A stretch of DNA of 58,576 bases from Nanobdellota archaeon (GTDB taxonomy: Archaea; Nanobdellota; Nanobdellia; Pacearchaeales; GW2011-AR1). The position numbers and the translations under genes are program-made. The notes under the pieces were generated by a model, which was not told the origin of the DNA, ran no database searches, and saw only the letters and a program-made list of their open reading frames with translations. The DNA lies in assembly GCA_030647965.1 (NCBI GenBank), contig JAUSIT010000038.1, forward strand, positions 1-58,576, written 5' to 3'. Below are positions 24,663-34,100 of this stretch, in pieces (position 1 is the stretch's first letter; each line of letters starts with the position of its first letter).

Positions 24663-25160
24663 TTATTTAAACCACTTATAATATTCAAATTGTTCTTGCC
24701 CTTTATGAATAATTAATATTGGAAGTTGAGCTTTTAATCTTTGGTAATTCATTACAATTCTTCCTGTTCTTCCATTTCCATCTTCAAAAGGGTGAATTTT
24801 CAAAAGTTTTATATGGGCTTGTTTTATATTTTCTTCTTCTTTAGGGTTTGAGTATTCTTCAGCCCATTTTGAAAGTTCTTTTTGAATTAATTCAGGCTTT
24901 AGACATTCTTCATACCCTATTTGACTATTTCCAACATAAATTGGACACCTTCTAATTTTTCCTGCAATTAAAGGGTTTATTCTTTTCATTAAATTTTGAT
25001 GAATTTCTTTAATAAAAGGAATGTTTATAGGTTCTTTGTATTCTTTTGCAAAACACCATGTAGAAACAGCATCTTCTAATGCGCTGTTAGAATCTTCTTT
25101 TTCAATCCAGTTAGAATGTTGTAAAAATTCAAATTCTTGTTGAGATATATTAATTTTCAT
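24663..25160 (-). CDS. Fic/DOC family protein (short form)
   Basis: Canonical Fic motif HPFEDGNGRTGR. Confidence 0.8.
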   Translation of the reverse strand: MKINISQQEFEFLQHSNWIEKEDSNSALEDAVSTWCFAKEYKEPINIPFIKEIHQNLMKRINPLIAGKIRRCPIYVGNSQIGYEECLKPELIQKELSKWAEEYSNPKEEENIKQAHIKLLKIHPFEDGNGRTGRIVMNYQRLKAQLPILIIHKGQEQFEYYKWFK

Positions 25161-25210
25161 AAGTTAATGAATAATAAGAACTTTTTAAAATGTTTTAAGA
25201 TTGGTTTAAG

Positions 25211-25642
25211 TTACTTCGACTCTGGTTTTTCAGAATTTGCTTGAAATCTTGGAAAGCTAATATGATAGGGAAGCCCAAAATCATCCTCTAATTGTAGTGC
25301 TTTTAATGAACATTTTTGTAAGATAGTATTTAGAATAATTATTCTTAATTTATCTGGAACTTGTTTAAGATCTTTCCATTGAGTTAGTGTTTCTTTTGAA
25401 AGTTGATCATCTACTAAAAATATTAAAAAACCTTCAAAATAAATATTAGCAAAATTAGTATAGTCAAGAGTAAATTTAAAATCAAATTTTAAAGCTTCTT
25501 TATCAGTAAAATCTAATTTATTTTTTTCAACAGAAGTTATATTTATATCTGATTTTGCTTCTAATTTTCCTTTAAAATCAGGAAATTTTTTTACATTTAG
25601 ACTAGTATATCCAAAACCTAAAAATTTTATTTCTTGTTCCAT
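25211..25642 (-). CDS. Hypothetical protein upstream of Fic (weak SecB-like pattern)
   Basis: 143-aa ORF. The C-terminal ILNTILQKCSLKALQLEDDFGLPYHISFPRF loosely recalls the SecB C-terminal region; this is not a supported assignment. Confidence 0.35.
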   Translation of the reverse strand: MEQEIKFLGFGYTSLNVKKFPDFKGKLEAKSDINITSVEKNKLDFTDKEALKFDFKFTLDYTNFANIYFEGFLIFLVDDQLSKETLTQWKDLKQVPDKLRIIILNTILQKCSLKALQLEDDFGLPYHISFPRFQANSEKPESK

Positions 25643-25682
25643 TTTTAATTGAATAATTGAGGTTTTTTAAAGTTTGTTGTGA

Positions 25683-25778
25683 TTGAAATTAAAATCAGCA
25701 AAATTATATTCAATTTTAAATAATAGAATTTTAATTTCAGAGCATCCCAAAAACAAAGAGTAGTTTTCATTGTTTTTC
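25683..25778 (+). repeat. HP-A composite repeat
   Basis: TTGAAATTAAAAT...ATTTTAATTTCAGAGCATCCCAAAAACAAAGAGTAGTTTTCATTGTTTTT. Confidence 0.55.
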
Positions 25779-25850
25779 TGATGTTTGAAAAGAAAATAAT
25801 CTAATAGAATTACTTTTAATTAAAACAAAAATAATTTTAAAAAATTTTAT

Positions 25851-26111
25851 TTATACTAAATCTTCTTCAGAAATAACTACAAAATCACCTATTGCTACTA
25901 AAGCATGATAAGGTATTAAAGCTTCTTTTTCAGCTGTTCTTTCTAAACTTAGATTAGTTGTATAAGGTGTTAGGTCTTTTATAACCATATGAATCAATTC
26001 GCCACTTTTTGTTTCAAAAGTGATATCTTTGATAAAACCTAGTTTTTTACCTTCTTTGGTAACAACTTGTTTTCCCACCATAGCCCTAAAGGGCTTCTTT
26101 TCTATAACCAT
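25851..26111 (-). CDS. PRC-barrel domain protein
   Basis: MVGKQVVTKEGKKLGFIKDITFETKSGELIHMVI...ALIPYHALVAIGDFVVI is a typical PRC-barrel pattern. Confidence 0.6.
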   Translation of the reverse strand: MVIEKKPFRAMVGKQVVTKEGKKLGFIKDITFETKSGELIHMVIKDLTPYTTNLSLERTAEKEALIPYHALVAIGDFVVISEEDLV

Positions 26112-26223
26112 ATAAAATTTAAATGGAAACTGTTTATAAATGTTTCTGTAATAAATTCACTATATTAAAAAAACAATGTGTTATTCACATTTTTAAGTGT
26201 GAATTTAATAGATATTTGTTTTT

Positions 26224-26305
26224 AGGACCTCAATAATTATTAATTCTTGATGGCTTCAATAAGGTAAATTCTTGATAGTGCTCAAGATTTTATAATCTTA
26301 ATATA
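26224..26305 (-). repeat. Cluster of three degenerate HP-A hairpins
   Basis: GGACCTCAA..., GCTTCAA... and GTGCTCAAGATTTTATAATCTTAAT are reverse-orientation feet (GTGCTC/GGACCTC = reverse complement of GAGCAC/GAGGTCC). Confidence 0.45.
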
Positions 26306-26335
26306 CTCTGAAATTTAAACTAGTAAGCTCACAAT

Positions 26336-26510
26336 AAAAAATCCCAATCACAGCAAGTTGTGGGGTATTTTTTAAATGTCAAAAATTTACGAATTTTTGA
26401 GCACACTCCAAAACAAAATTCTTCAAGGAGAATTTTTCAAAGTTTTGGATGCCTCCAAATGGGAACGACGAAAATTGTAGCAAGCTAAGAAGTATAAGAC
26501 CCATTTGCAG
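26336..26510 (+). ncRNA. RNA-C copy 2
   Basis: Collinear with 8077-8236. The HP-A hairpin at 26376-26404 carries a compensatory G:C to A:T change. The terminal helix is CAAATGGG/CCCATTTG. Confidence 0.4.
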
Positions 26511-26665
26511 TAATCAAATTTTAGAGTAAACATAATTTCGGACATTAAAAAAAGATATTAATTTTTAAAAAATGTTCTTTTTAATTTATTTTTAAAGGTT
26601 ATTTTTCAAATTATTGATTTTTTTAGGTAAAATAGGTTAATATTTAATTAATTATCTTTAATTCT

Positions 26666-26735
26666 TGTCAAGAACCCTCGGAATAAATTCCGGGGCGTGT
26701 CTCGGGTTCTTGAGCACCCTAAAAATTGTTTTTTC
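26666..26735 (+). repeat. HP-A hairpin with a GC-rich arm
   Basis: TGTCAAGAACCC-TCGGAATAAATTCCGGGGCGTGTCTC-GGGTTCTTGAGCACCCTAAAAATTGTTTTTT. Confidence 0.55.
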
Positions 26736-26874
26736 TTACTGTTGAAAATCTTCCAATTAGATTTTTAATCACTATCAGAAACTCCTGTTTCTGAAGTCGC
26801 GAACTAAAGTAGGGAGTTTGCGAAAAACAATTTTTTTGGTATCAAAAAGAGGTAATAATCTCTATAAAATAGCC

Positions 26875-27220
26875 TAACCCCTCACCCTATGGTTTCTTAT
26901 GGAAAAGATTTATAAAGGAATTTCAAAATTGAAAATGTTGAATTTTTATTTATAAATATATATATTATATATTATATATATTAATATATAATATAATATA
27001 ATAATATATAATTAAGTATCTATATTTTAATTTTTTAAATTTTTGTTAATTTTTTACGTCAGTATATTTAGTAAATTACTAATAATACTACTTTAATACA
27101 CTTATTTTTTAAAATAATATTCTAGATATGAAATAAGGGGGTGAGGGGTTGCTAAATATTTTTATTAGTTAAAATAAGTAAAAAAGAGCTATTTTAAGTT
27201 CCATATGAAATAAAGGTTAG
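26875..27220. other. Candidate replication origin (oriC): inverted ORB-like boxes flanking an AT-rich unwinding region
   Basis: 26875-26907 TAACCCCTCACCCTATGGTTTCTTATGG is an inverted match to 27125-27152 GATATGAAATAAGGGGGTGAGGGGTTGC. A mini-box CCATATGAAATAAAGG sits at 27201-27216. (TA)n-rich tract at 26941-27120. Directly upstream of orc1/cdc6. Confidence 0.6.
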
Positions 27221-27299
27221 TTAAGTATATTTTCTTATATAACAATATTTAAATATAAATCAATTATTTAATAGATTAGTTAATAAAAGGGATAAAAAA

Positions 27300-28517
27300 A
27301 TGGTGATAGGACTAGATAAAATATTCAATTCTGCAATAAATAACACTTTATTTAAAAATAAAGAGGTTTTACAGACAAATTATACTCCTGAGTCAATACC
27401 TCATAGGGATAAACAAATAGAACAGATTGCAGGGATATTAGCTCCTTTATTAAGAGGTGAAAGATGTAGTAATTTATTTTTATATGGTAAAACTGGCACA
27501 GGAAAGACTCTTTCAATGCAATATGTTCAAAATGAATTATTAAGAAAAGCAAAAGAAATGGGATTAGAATTAAGAATAATTTATTTAAATTGTAAATTAA
27601 AAAAAGTTTCAGACACAGAATATCGGATTTTAGCTGCTTTAATAGGTAAATTAGGTAAAGAGGTTGCTGCAACAGGATTACCTACTGATCAAGTTTATTC
27701 TAAGTTTATTGAGATAATCGATGAAAAAAAACAATTGGTTGTTATTATTTTTGATGAAATTGATCAGGCTATTAAAAAAATTTCAGATAGTTTTTTATAT
27801 AATTTAACTAGGTTAAATTCAGAACTATCTAAATCTCAAATAAGTATTATAGGTATTTCTAATGATATTACTTTTTTAGAAGATATAGATCCTAGAGTAA
27901 GAAGTTCTTTAGGTGAAGAAGAACTTGTATTTCCTCCTTATAATGCATTACAATTACAAGATATATTAAATGAAAGATGTGCTATTTCTTTTAAAGAAAA
28001 TGCTGTTGATGCAGGAGTTATTGCAAAATGTGCTGCTTATGCTGCAAGAGAGCATGGGGATGCAAGAAGAGCTTTAGATTTATTAAGAATTGCAGGAGAA
28101 CTTTCTGAAAGAGAGGGAAATTCTAATGTTGGATTGAAATATATTGATTTAGCTAATGATAAAATGGAAAAAGACAAAATTTTAGATATTGTTGAAACTC
28201 AACCTAAACAATTTCAACTTGTTTTATATGCTATTTCAGAATTAACAAAATCTCAAAAAAATAATAAAGAATTAAATAAATTTTTTACAGGAGATGTTTA
28301 TGATGTTTATAGGGATATTTGCATTAAAACAAAAAATGAGTATTTAACTCAAAGAAGAATTTCTGATATTATTGCTGAAATGGATATGTTGGGTTTGATA
28401 AATGCTAAGGTTATTTCAAAAGGGAGACATGGTAGAACTAGAGAAATAAAATTTGCAATACCTATAGGTTTATTTGATAAAATTGATGCTATTTTAAAAG
28501 AATCTTTAGGTTTGTAA
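27300..28517 (+). CDS. cdc6: Orc1/Cdc6 replication initiator
   Basis: Walker A GKTGTGKT, Walker B IIFDEID, sensor region GDARRALDLL and a C-terminal winged helix. Confidence 0.9.
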   Translation: MVIGLDKIFNSAINNTLFKNKEVLQTNYTPESIPHRDKQIEQIAGILAPLLRGERCSNLFLYGKTGTGKTLSMQYVQNELLRKAKEMGLELRIIYLNCKLKKVSDTEYRILAALIGKLGKEVAATGLPTDQVYSKFIEIIDEKKQLVVIIFDEIDQAIKKISDSFLYNLTRLNSELSKSQISIIGISNDITFLEDIDPRVRSSLGEEELVFPPYNALQLQDILNERCAISFKENAVDAGVIAKCAAYAAREHGDARRALDLLRIAGELSEREGNSNVGLKYIDLANDKMEKDKILDIVETQPKQFQLVLYAISELTKSQKNNKELNKFFTGDVYDVYRDICIKTKNEYLTQRRISDIIAEMDMLGLINAKVISKGRHGRTREIKFAIPIGLFDKIDAILKESLGL

Positions 28518-28539
28518 TTAAATTATTATACTTTTAACA

Positions 28540-30117
28540 ATGGAAAAAACAATCTTAAAAATTTGTATGGAGAAAGGTTTTTTATTAGATAAAGAGATGT
28601 TAAACTTACTTTCTGGATTAGATGAAGAGAGTGCTAAAAAATTAATTGAAAGCATTGTCAGCTTAAAATTTGAAGAAAAGGTTATAACAAAGACTTTTTT
28701 TTCAAAAAATCTTCAAAAAATTCAAGAAGTTTTAATTGATGGAAAAAATAAGACAGTTATTGAAAATCTGTTTTTTAATTTAGGTTATTCTAGAACAGAA
28801 ATTGAACAAAAAGAAGTAAGAAAAGAAGAAAAAGTAGAATTGATTGAAGAAAAACAAGGAAAAGTTAAATTATTATCTGTTTCGTTTGTTCCTCCTAAAA
28901 AAGTATGTGTTGCTGATTTTGTAAAACATTATAGAACAAGGTATGAACAAATTAAAAAAATACTTTTAGAAAGAAATTTAGATAATTTAACTTCTTTAAG
29001 GAAAATAGGGGATAAAAAAGAAAATTATACTATTATTGCTTCTGTTTTTGATAAAAGAATAACTAAAAATAAAAATCTTTTACTTAATGTTGAAGATTCT
29101 AGTGGAAGGGCAAGAATTTTAATAAATGCTAATAAAAAAGAGGTTTTTGATAAGGCTAAAGATCTTTTATTAGATGATATTGTTGCATTTCAAGTTTCTG
29201 GAAATAAAGAATGGCTTTATGCTAATGATGTTATTTTTCCTGATTGTGTATTGCATGAAAAGAAAAAATATGAAAAAGATGAATGGGTTGCTTTTAGTTC
29301 TGATGCTCATATAGGTTCTACTATGTTTTTAGAGGAAAATTTTAAAAAATTTTTAGAATGGCTTAATGGTGAAAGAGGGGATGAAAAACAAAAAGAAATT
29401 GCTAAAAAAGTAAAATATTTATTTTTAGTTGGAGATTGCATTGATGGTGTGGGAGTTTATCCTGATCAAGAGAGATTTTTAAATATTAAAAATATTAAAG
29501 ATCAATATAATAAACTTTCAGAATTTTTAAGATATTTAAGAAAAGATATTAAAATTATTTTATCTCCTGGGCAGCATGATGGTGTGAGAGTTGCAGAGCC
29601 TCAACCAATTGTAGAAGAGTCTTGGGCTCCTGAATTACATAAAATAGAAAATTTGACTTTGGTTCCAAATCCTGCTTTAGTTGAAATAGATGGGGGATTT
29701 AAAATTTTAATGTATCATGGAGCAAGTATGCATAGTATTATTGATGAAATTGAAGATATAAGATTAAATTATAAATCAAATTCACCTACAAGGGTTGTAA
29801 AAGAAATGTTAAAAAGAAGACATTTAGCTCCGACTCATAGTTCTGTTACATATATTCCTAATGAAAAAGAAGATCCTTTGTTAATTACACAAATTCCTGA
29901 TATTGTTGCAACAGGGGATTTGCACAGGCCTGAAATTTCTATTTATAATAATATTTTATTAATTGCATCTTCTTGTTGGCAGTCAATTACTCCTTTTGAA
30001 GAAAAAGTAGGCAATCATCCTGACCCTTGCAAAGTTCCTTTATTTAATTTAAAGACAAGAGAAATTAAAATAATAGATTTTGGAGACACTAAAGAAGATA
30101 AAGGAGAGGAAAAATGA
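28540..30117 (+). CDS. DNA polymerase II (PolD) small subunit DP1
   Basis: OB-fold region followed by calcineurin-like phosphoesterase motifs (SDAHIGS, VGDCIDG, PGQHD, YHG, TGDLH). Confidence 0.85.
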   Translation: MEKTILKICMEKGFLLDKEMLNLLSGLDEESAKKLIESIVSLKFEEKVITKTFFSKNLQKIQEVLIDGKNKTVIENLFFNLGYSRTEIEQKEVRKEEKVELIEEKQGKVKLLSVSFVPPKKVCVADFVKHYRTRYEQIKKILLERNLDNLTSLRKIGDKKENYTIIASVFDKRITKNKNLLLNVEDSSGRARILINANKKEVFDKAKDLLLDDIVAFQVSGNKEWLYANDVIFPDCVLHEKKKYEKDEWVAFSSDAHIGSTMFLEENFKKFLEWLNGERGDEKQKEIAKKVKYLFLVGDCIDGVGVYPDQERFLNIKNIKDQYNKLSEFLRYLRKDIKIILSPGQHDGVRVAEPQPIVEESWAPELHKIENLTLVPNPALVEIDGGFKILMYHGASMHSIIDEIEDIRLNYKSNSPTRVVKEMLKRRHLAPTHSSVTYIPNEKEDPLLITQIPDIVATGDLHRPEISIYNNILLIASSCWQSITPFEEKVGNHPDPCKVPLFNLKTREIKIIDFGDTKEDKGEEK

Positions 30118-31103
30118 GAATAAAAGATGAAATTTATGGTGAAGAAGAAATTAATGAATCTTATTTAGTAGAATTAATTAATTCTCCAAGTATTCAAAGA
30201 CTTAAAGGGATTTCAATGGGAATGCCTCAAGAATATTATCACAAACCAATTTATTCAAGATACGAACATTCTGTAGGAGTTTTAGTTTTATTAAGAAAAT
30301 TAAAAGCTGATTCTAAAGAGCAAATTGCTGGTTTGTTACATGATATTTCTCATACTGCATTTTCTCATGTTATTGATTGGGTTATAGGAGACCCAACAAA
30401 AGAAGATTATCAGGATAATATGTTCTTAGATTTTATTAAAAATTCAGAAATTCCTTCTATTTTAAACAAATATAATTTTAATTATAAGAAATTTTCTAAC
30501 CTTAGTAAATTTTCTTTATTGGAAAAAGATGCCCCCAGTTTATGTGCTGATAGATTTGATTATTCTATTAGGGAGATTAATTGGAATGAGGGAAAGGATA
30601 TTACAGAAATGATTGTAAAGGATTTAATAAATCATAATAATAATATGGCTTTTAATTCTAAAAAAATTGCAGGAATATTTGCTAAAGGATACTCTCATTG
30701 TAATAGTGAACACTGGGCAGGTGATGAGGCAAAAGCTAGATATTATCTTCTTGCAAAAATTTTAAAGAGGGCATTATTAAAAAAGATTATATCTATAAAT
30801 GATTTAAGAACATTACAAGATTATTCTATTATTAATTTGTTGGTTGAAAATAAGGATAAAGAGATTTTATATCATCTTCATTTATTAAAAGATAATTTTA
30901 TTATTAAAAAGGTAGAATCTTATGAAGAAGGAATAATTCTGAAAAAAAAATTTAGATATGTTGACCCAGAAGTCTTATTAGACAATACTATTGTTAGATT
31001 ATCTGATATTTCTCAAACATATAAAACTTTATTAAATAAATTAAAAGAAGAATCAGAATTAGATAATAAAATTATTATAGGAGGGGTTAAAGTAGAATTA
31101 TAA
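30114..31103 (+). CDS. HD-domain phosphohydrolase
   Basis: YEHSVGV...GLLHDISHTAFSH (H..HD). ATGA overlap with DP1, and ends 2 nt before DP2. Confidence 0.7.
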   Translation: MRIKDEIYGEEEINESYLVELINSPSIQRLKGISMGMPQEYYHKPIYSRYEHSVGVLVLLRKLKADSKEQIAGLLHDISHTAFSHVIDWVIGDPTKEDYQDNMFLDFIKNSEIPSILNKYNFNYKKFSNLSKFSLLEKDAPSLCADRFDYSIREINWNEGKDITEMIVKDLINHNNNMAFNSKKIAGIFAKGYSHCNSEHWAGDEAKARYYLLAKILKRALLKKIISINDLRTLQDYSIINLLVENKDKEILYHLHLLKDNFIIKKVESYEEGIILKKKFRYVDPEVLLDNTIVRLSDISQTYKTLLNKLKEESELDNKIIIGGVKVEL

Positions 31104-31105
31104 AA

Positions 31106-34100
31106 ATGGAACAGTATTTCAATGAACTTGTAAAAGATGTAAGAAAAGAGTATGCTATTGCAGAATTAGCAAAGCAAAAAGGGCTTGACCCTGTTGATAA
31201 AGTCGAAATTCCTTTAGCAATGTCTCTTGCTGAAAAAGTAGTTGGTTTAATTTCTACTATTTATCCTCAGTTGGAAAATAGCGGGGTTGCAAAAAGAATA
31301 ATTGAATTAGAAAATGAATATGGGCAATTAGATACTGCTGTTTCATTTAAAATTGCAGAAGAAGTTGCAAAAGAAAAATTTTGTAAATTTAAAAGTTTAC
31401 TAGAAGCAATTGATGCAGGAATAAGGGTAGGATTTTCATATACTACTTTAGGTGTTGTTTCATCTCCTATTGAAGGATTTACAGGAATAAAATTAGGCAA
31501 AACAAAAAATGGAGAAGAGTATTTTATTGCTTCTTTTTCAGGACCTATAAGAAGTGCAGGAACCACTGCTTCTTGTGTTGTTTTAATGTTAATTGATTAT
31601 TTAAGAGAACTTTTTGGATATGCAAAATATGACCCTGATGAAAATGAAATAAAAAGATATGTTATTGAAAATTTTGATTATCATGAAAGAGTTAATAATT
31701 TACAGTATTTACCTACTGAAGAAGAAATTATTTTTTTAGCTAAGAATTTACCTATTCAAGTTTCAGGAGAGCCAACTGAAAAAAAAGAGGTTTCAAATTA
31801 TAAAGACTTGCCTAGAGTTGAAACTAATTGTATTAGGGGAGGAATGTGTTTATGTTTTTCAGAAGGTCTTGCACAAAAAGCGCAAAAAGGATTAAGATTA
31901 TGGAAAGCAACACAGGCAAAAGGTTTTCAGATGACTGGTTGGGAATTTTTAAGTGAATATTTAATTATGCATAAAAAAAGAGAAAAAGGAAGTACTGATG
32001 CATCTCCAACTTATATTAAAGATTTAGTTGCAGGAAGGCCGGTATTTGGGCATCCTTCTCGTTCAGGAGCATTTAGATTTAGATATGGGAGAAGTAGAGT
32101 ATGTGGATTTTCTGCAGTATCTATACATCCTGCAACAATGGCAATTTCAAATAATTTTTTATCAACAGGAACTCAATTAAAAATTGAAAAACCTACTAAA
32201 GGGTGTGTTGTTACTTCTTGTGATTCAATTGATGGACCTATTGTAAAATTAAAAAATGGAAGTGTAAAAAGGCTGTATGATTTTGAAGAGGCAAAAAAAT
32301 TATATAAAGAAACAGAAGAAATAATTTATTTTGGAGATATTTTATTTCCTTTAGGAGATGTAATTAATAGAAATTATGAATTAATAAAATCTGCTTATGT
32401 TGAAGAGTGGTGGGGATTGGAATTAAAGAAAAAATTTGAAGAAAAAGGAGAAATTTTTAATTTAGATGTTTTTAAAGTTAGTTTAAATGAAGCAATAGTA
32501 TTTTCTGAAAATTATAAAATTCCTTTATATCCTAAATATATTTATTATTGGAGCCAGATAAAAACAGAAGATTTTTTTTGGCTAATGGAATGGCTTCAAA
32601 ATGCAGAATGGAGAGAAAAATTAATATTACCTTATGAGAAATCTTCAAGAGATAAGTTTAAACAGGCAAAAAGAGCTTTGGAATTATTAGGAGTTGAGCA
32701 TGAAGTTATTTTTGATAATGTTATTATTAATGATGGGAAGGCATTTTTAATTAATTTAGGGATTGATTTTTTTGGTGAGAATTTTAAAGAAAGTGTGAAG
32801 AAAATTATTGAAGAAAATAAAGATAAAACCAGTGTTTTGGAGATTATTAATAATATTTCTAAATTTAAAATAAAAGATAAGGCAGGAGTTTTTATTGGAA
32901 CAAGAATGGGTAGGCCTGAAAAAGCTAAATTAAGAAAATTAATAGGAAGTCCTAATGTTTTATTTCCTATTGGGGAACAAGGGGGGAGATTTAGAAGTTT
33001 AAATGAAGCTGCTGAAATTGGTTTTATTAAAGGAAATTTTCCAATAAATTATTGTGAAACTTGTAAAAAAAATACTATCTATAGAACTTGTGAAAGTTGT
33101 GGAAATAAAACAAATAAGTTAAGAATATGTCCTGAATGCAGAAAAACTTTTGAAGGATTAGTTTGTCCTGAACATAATTTAGGAAAAGGTTTTGATAATC
33201 AGAGAATAGATAGCAAGTATTATCTTTCAAAAGCTTCTAAATTTTTAGAAGCAACAACTATTCCTGAATTAATAAAAGGAGTAAGAGAAACTTTTAGTGA
33301 AGATCATGATTTTGAGCATATTGAAAAAGGAATTTTAAGAGCAAAGTATAATTTATGTGTTAATAAAGATGGAACTATTAGATATGATGCAACAGAACTT
33401 CCTATAACTCATTTTAAACCTAAAGAAGTTGCAGTGGGTTTTGAAAAATTAAAAGAAATAGGTTATATTAAAGATATTTTTGATAAAGAATTAATTAGTG
33501 ATGAACAAATTTTAGAATTAAAACCTCATGATATTATTCTTCCTGCATGTCCTGAGACTAAGGATGAAAGGGGAGATAGTGTTTTTTTAAATATTGCTAA
33601 TTTTTTAGATGAATTACTTGAAAAATTTTACAAATTGCCAAAATATTATAATTTGAAAACAAAACAAGATTTAGTTGGGCAGTTAGTTGTTTGCATGGCT
33701 CCTCATAATTGTGCTGGGGTTATTGGGAGAATCATTGGATTTTCAAAAACCCAAGGATTATTGGCTTCTCCTTATATGCATGCTGCAATGAGAAGAGATT
33801 GCGTTTATCCTACTACAAATTTTGTTTATTCTGAAAACGGAGAAACAAAGATTTGTGAGATTGGTGATTATGTTGAAGAATTAATTAAGAATAATGCAAA
33901 AACAAAAATAATAGATTCTTATAATACTTTAAAAATTAATATTAATAAAGAAATTTATGCATTTGGAGTAAATCCTATAAGCAAAAAACTTACCAAGAAG
34001 AAAATAAAATATTTTATTAAAGGAATGCCTCCTGAAAAATGGGTTAAGATTAAAACGTGCAGTGGGAGGGAACAGATTATGACTCCCAGGCATAAATTTA

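Noticed and set aside
25211-25642. Calling 25211-25642 a SecB-like chaperone or antitoxin partner of the adjacent Fic
   Set aside because: The resemblance is limited to a short C-terminal pattern seen by eye, without a profile search. It is kept as hypothetical.
26780-26835. Hammerhead-like core (CTGAAGTC - stem - GAAAAAC)
   Set aside because: The position equivalent to the invariant A9 is U. The CUG is already paired within the preceding hairpin CAGAAAC-TCCT-GTTTCTG. No cleavage-site helix could be drawn.
26941-27060. The (TA)n / ATATAAT tract as a microsatellite or mobile-element remnant
   Set aside because: Its position between inverted ORB-like boxes directly upstream of orc1/cdc6 fits a DNA unwinding element better.
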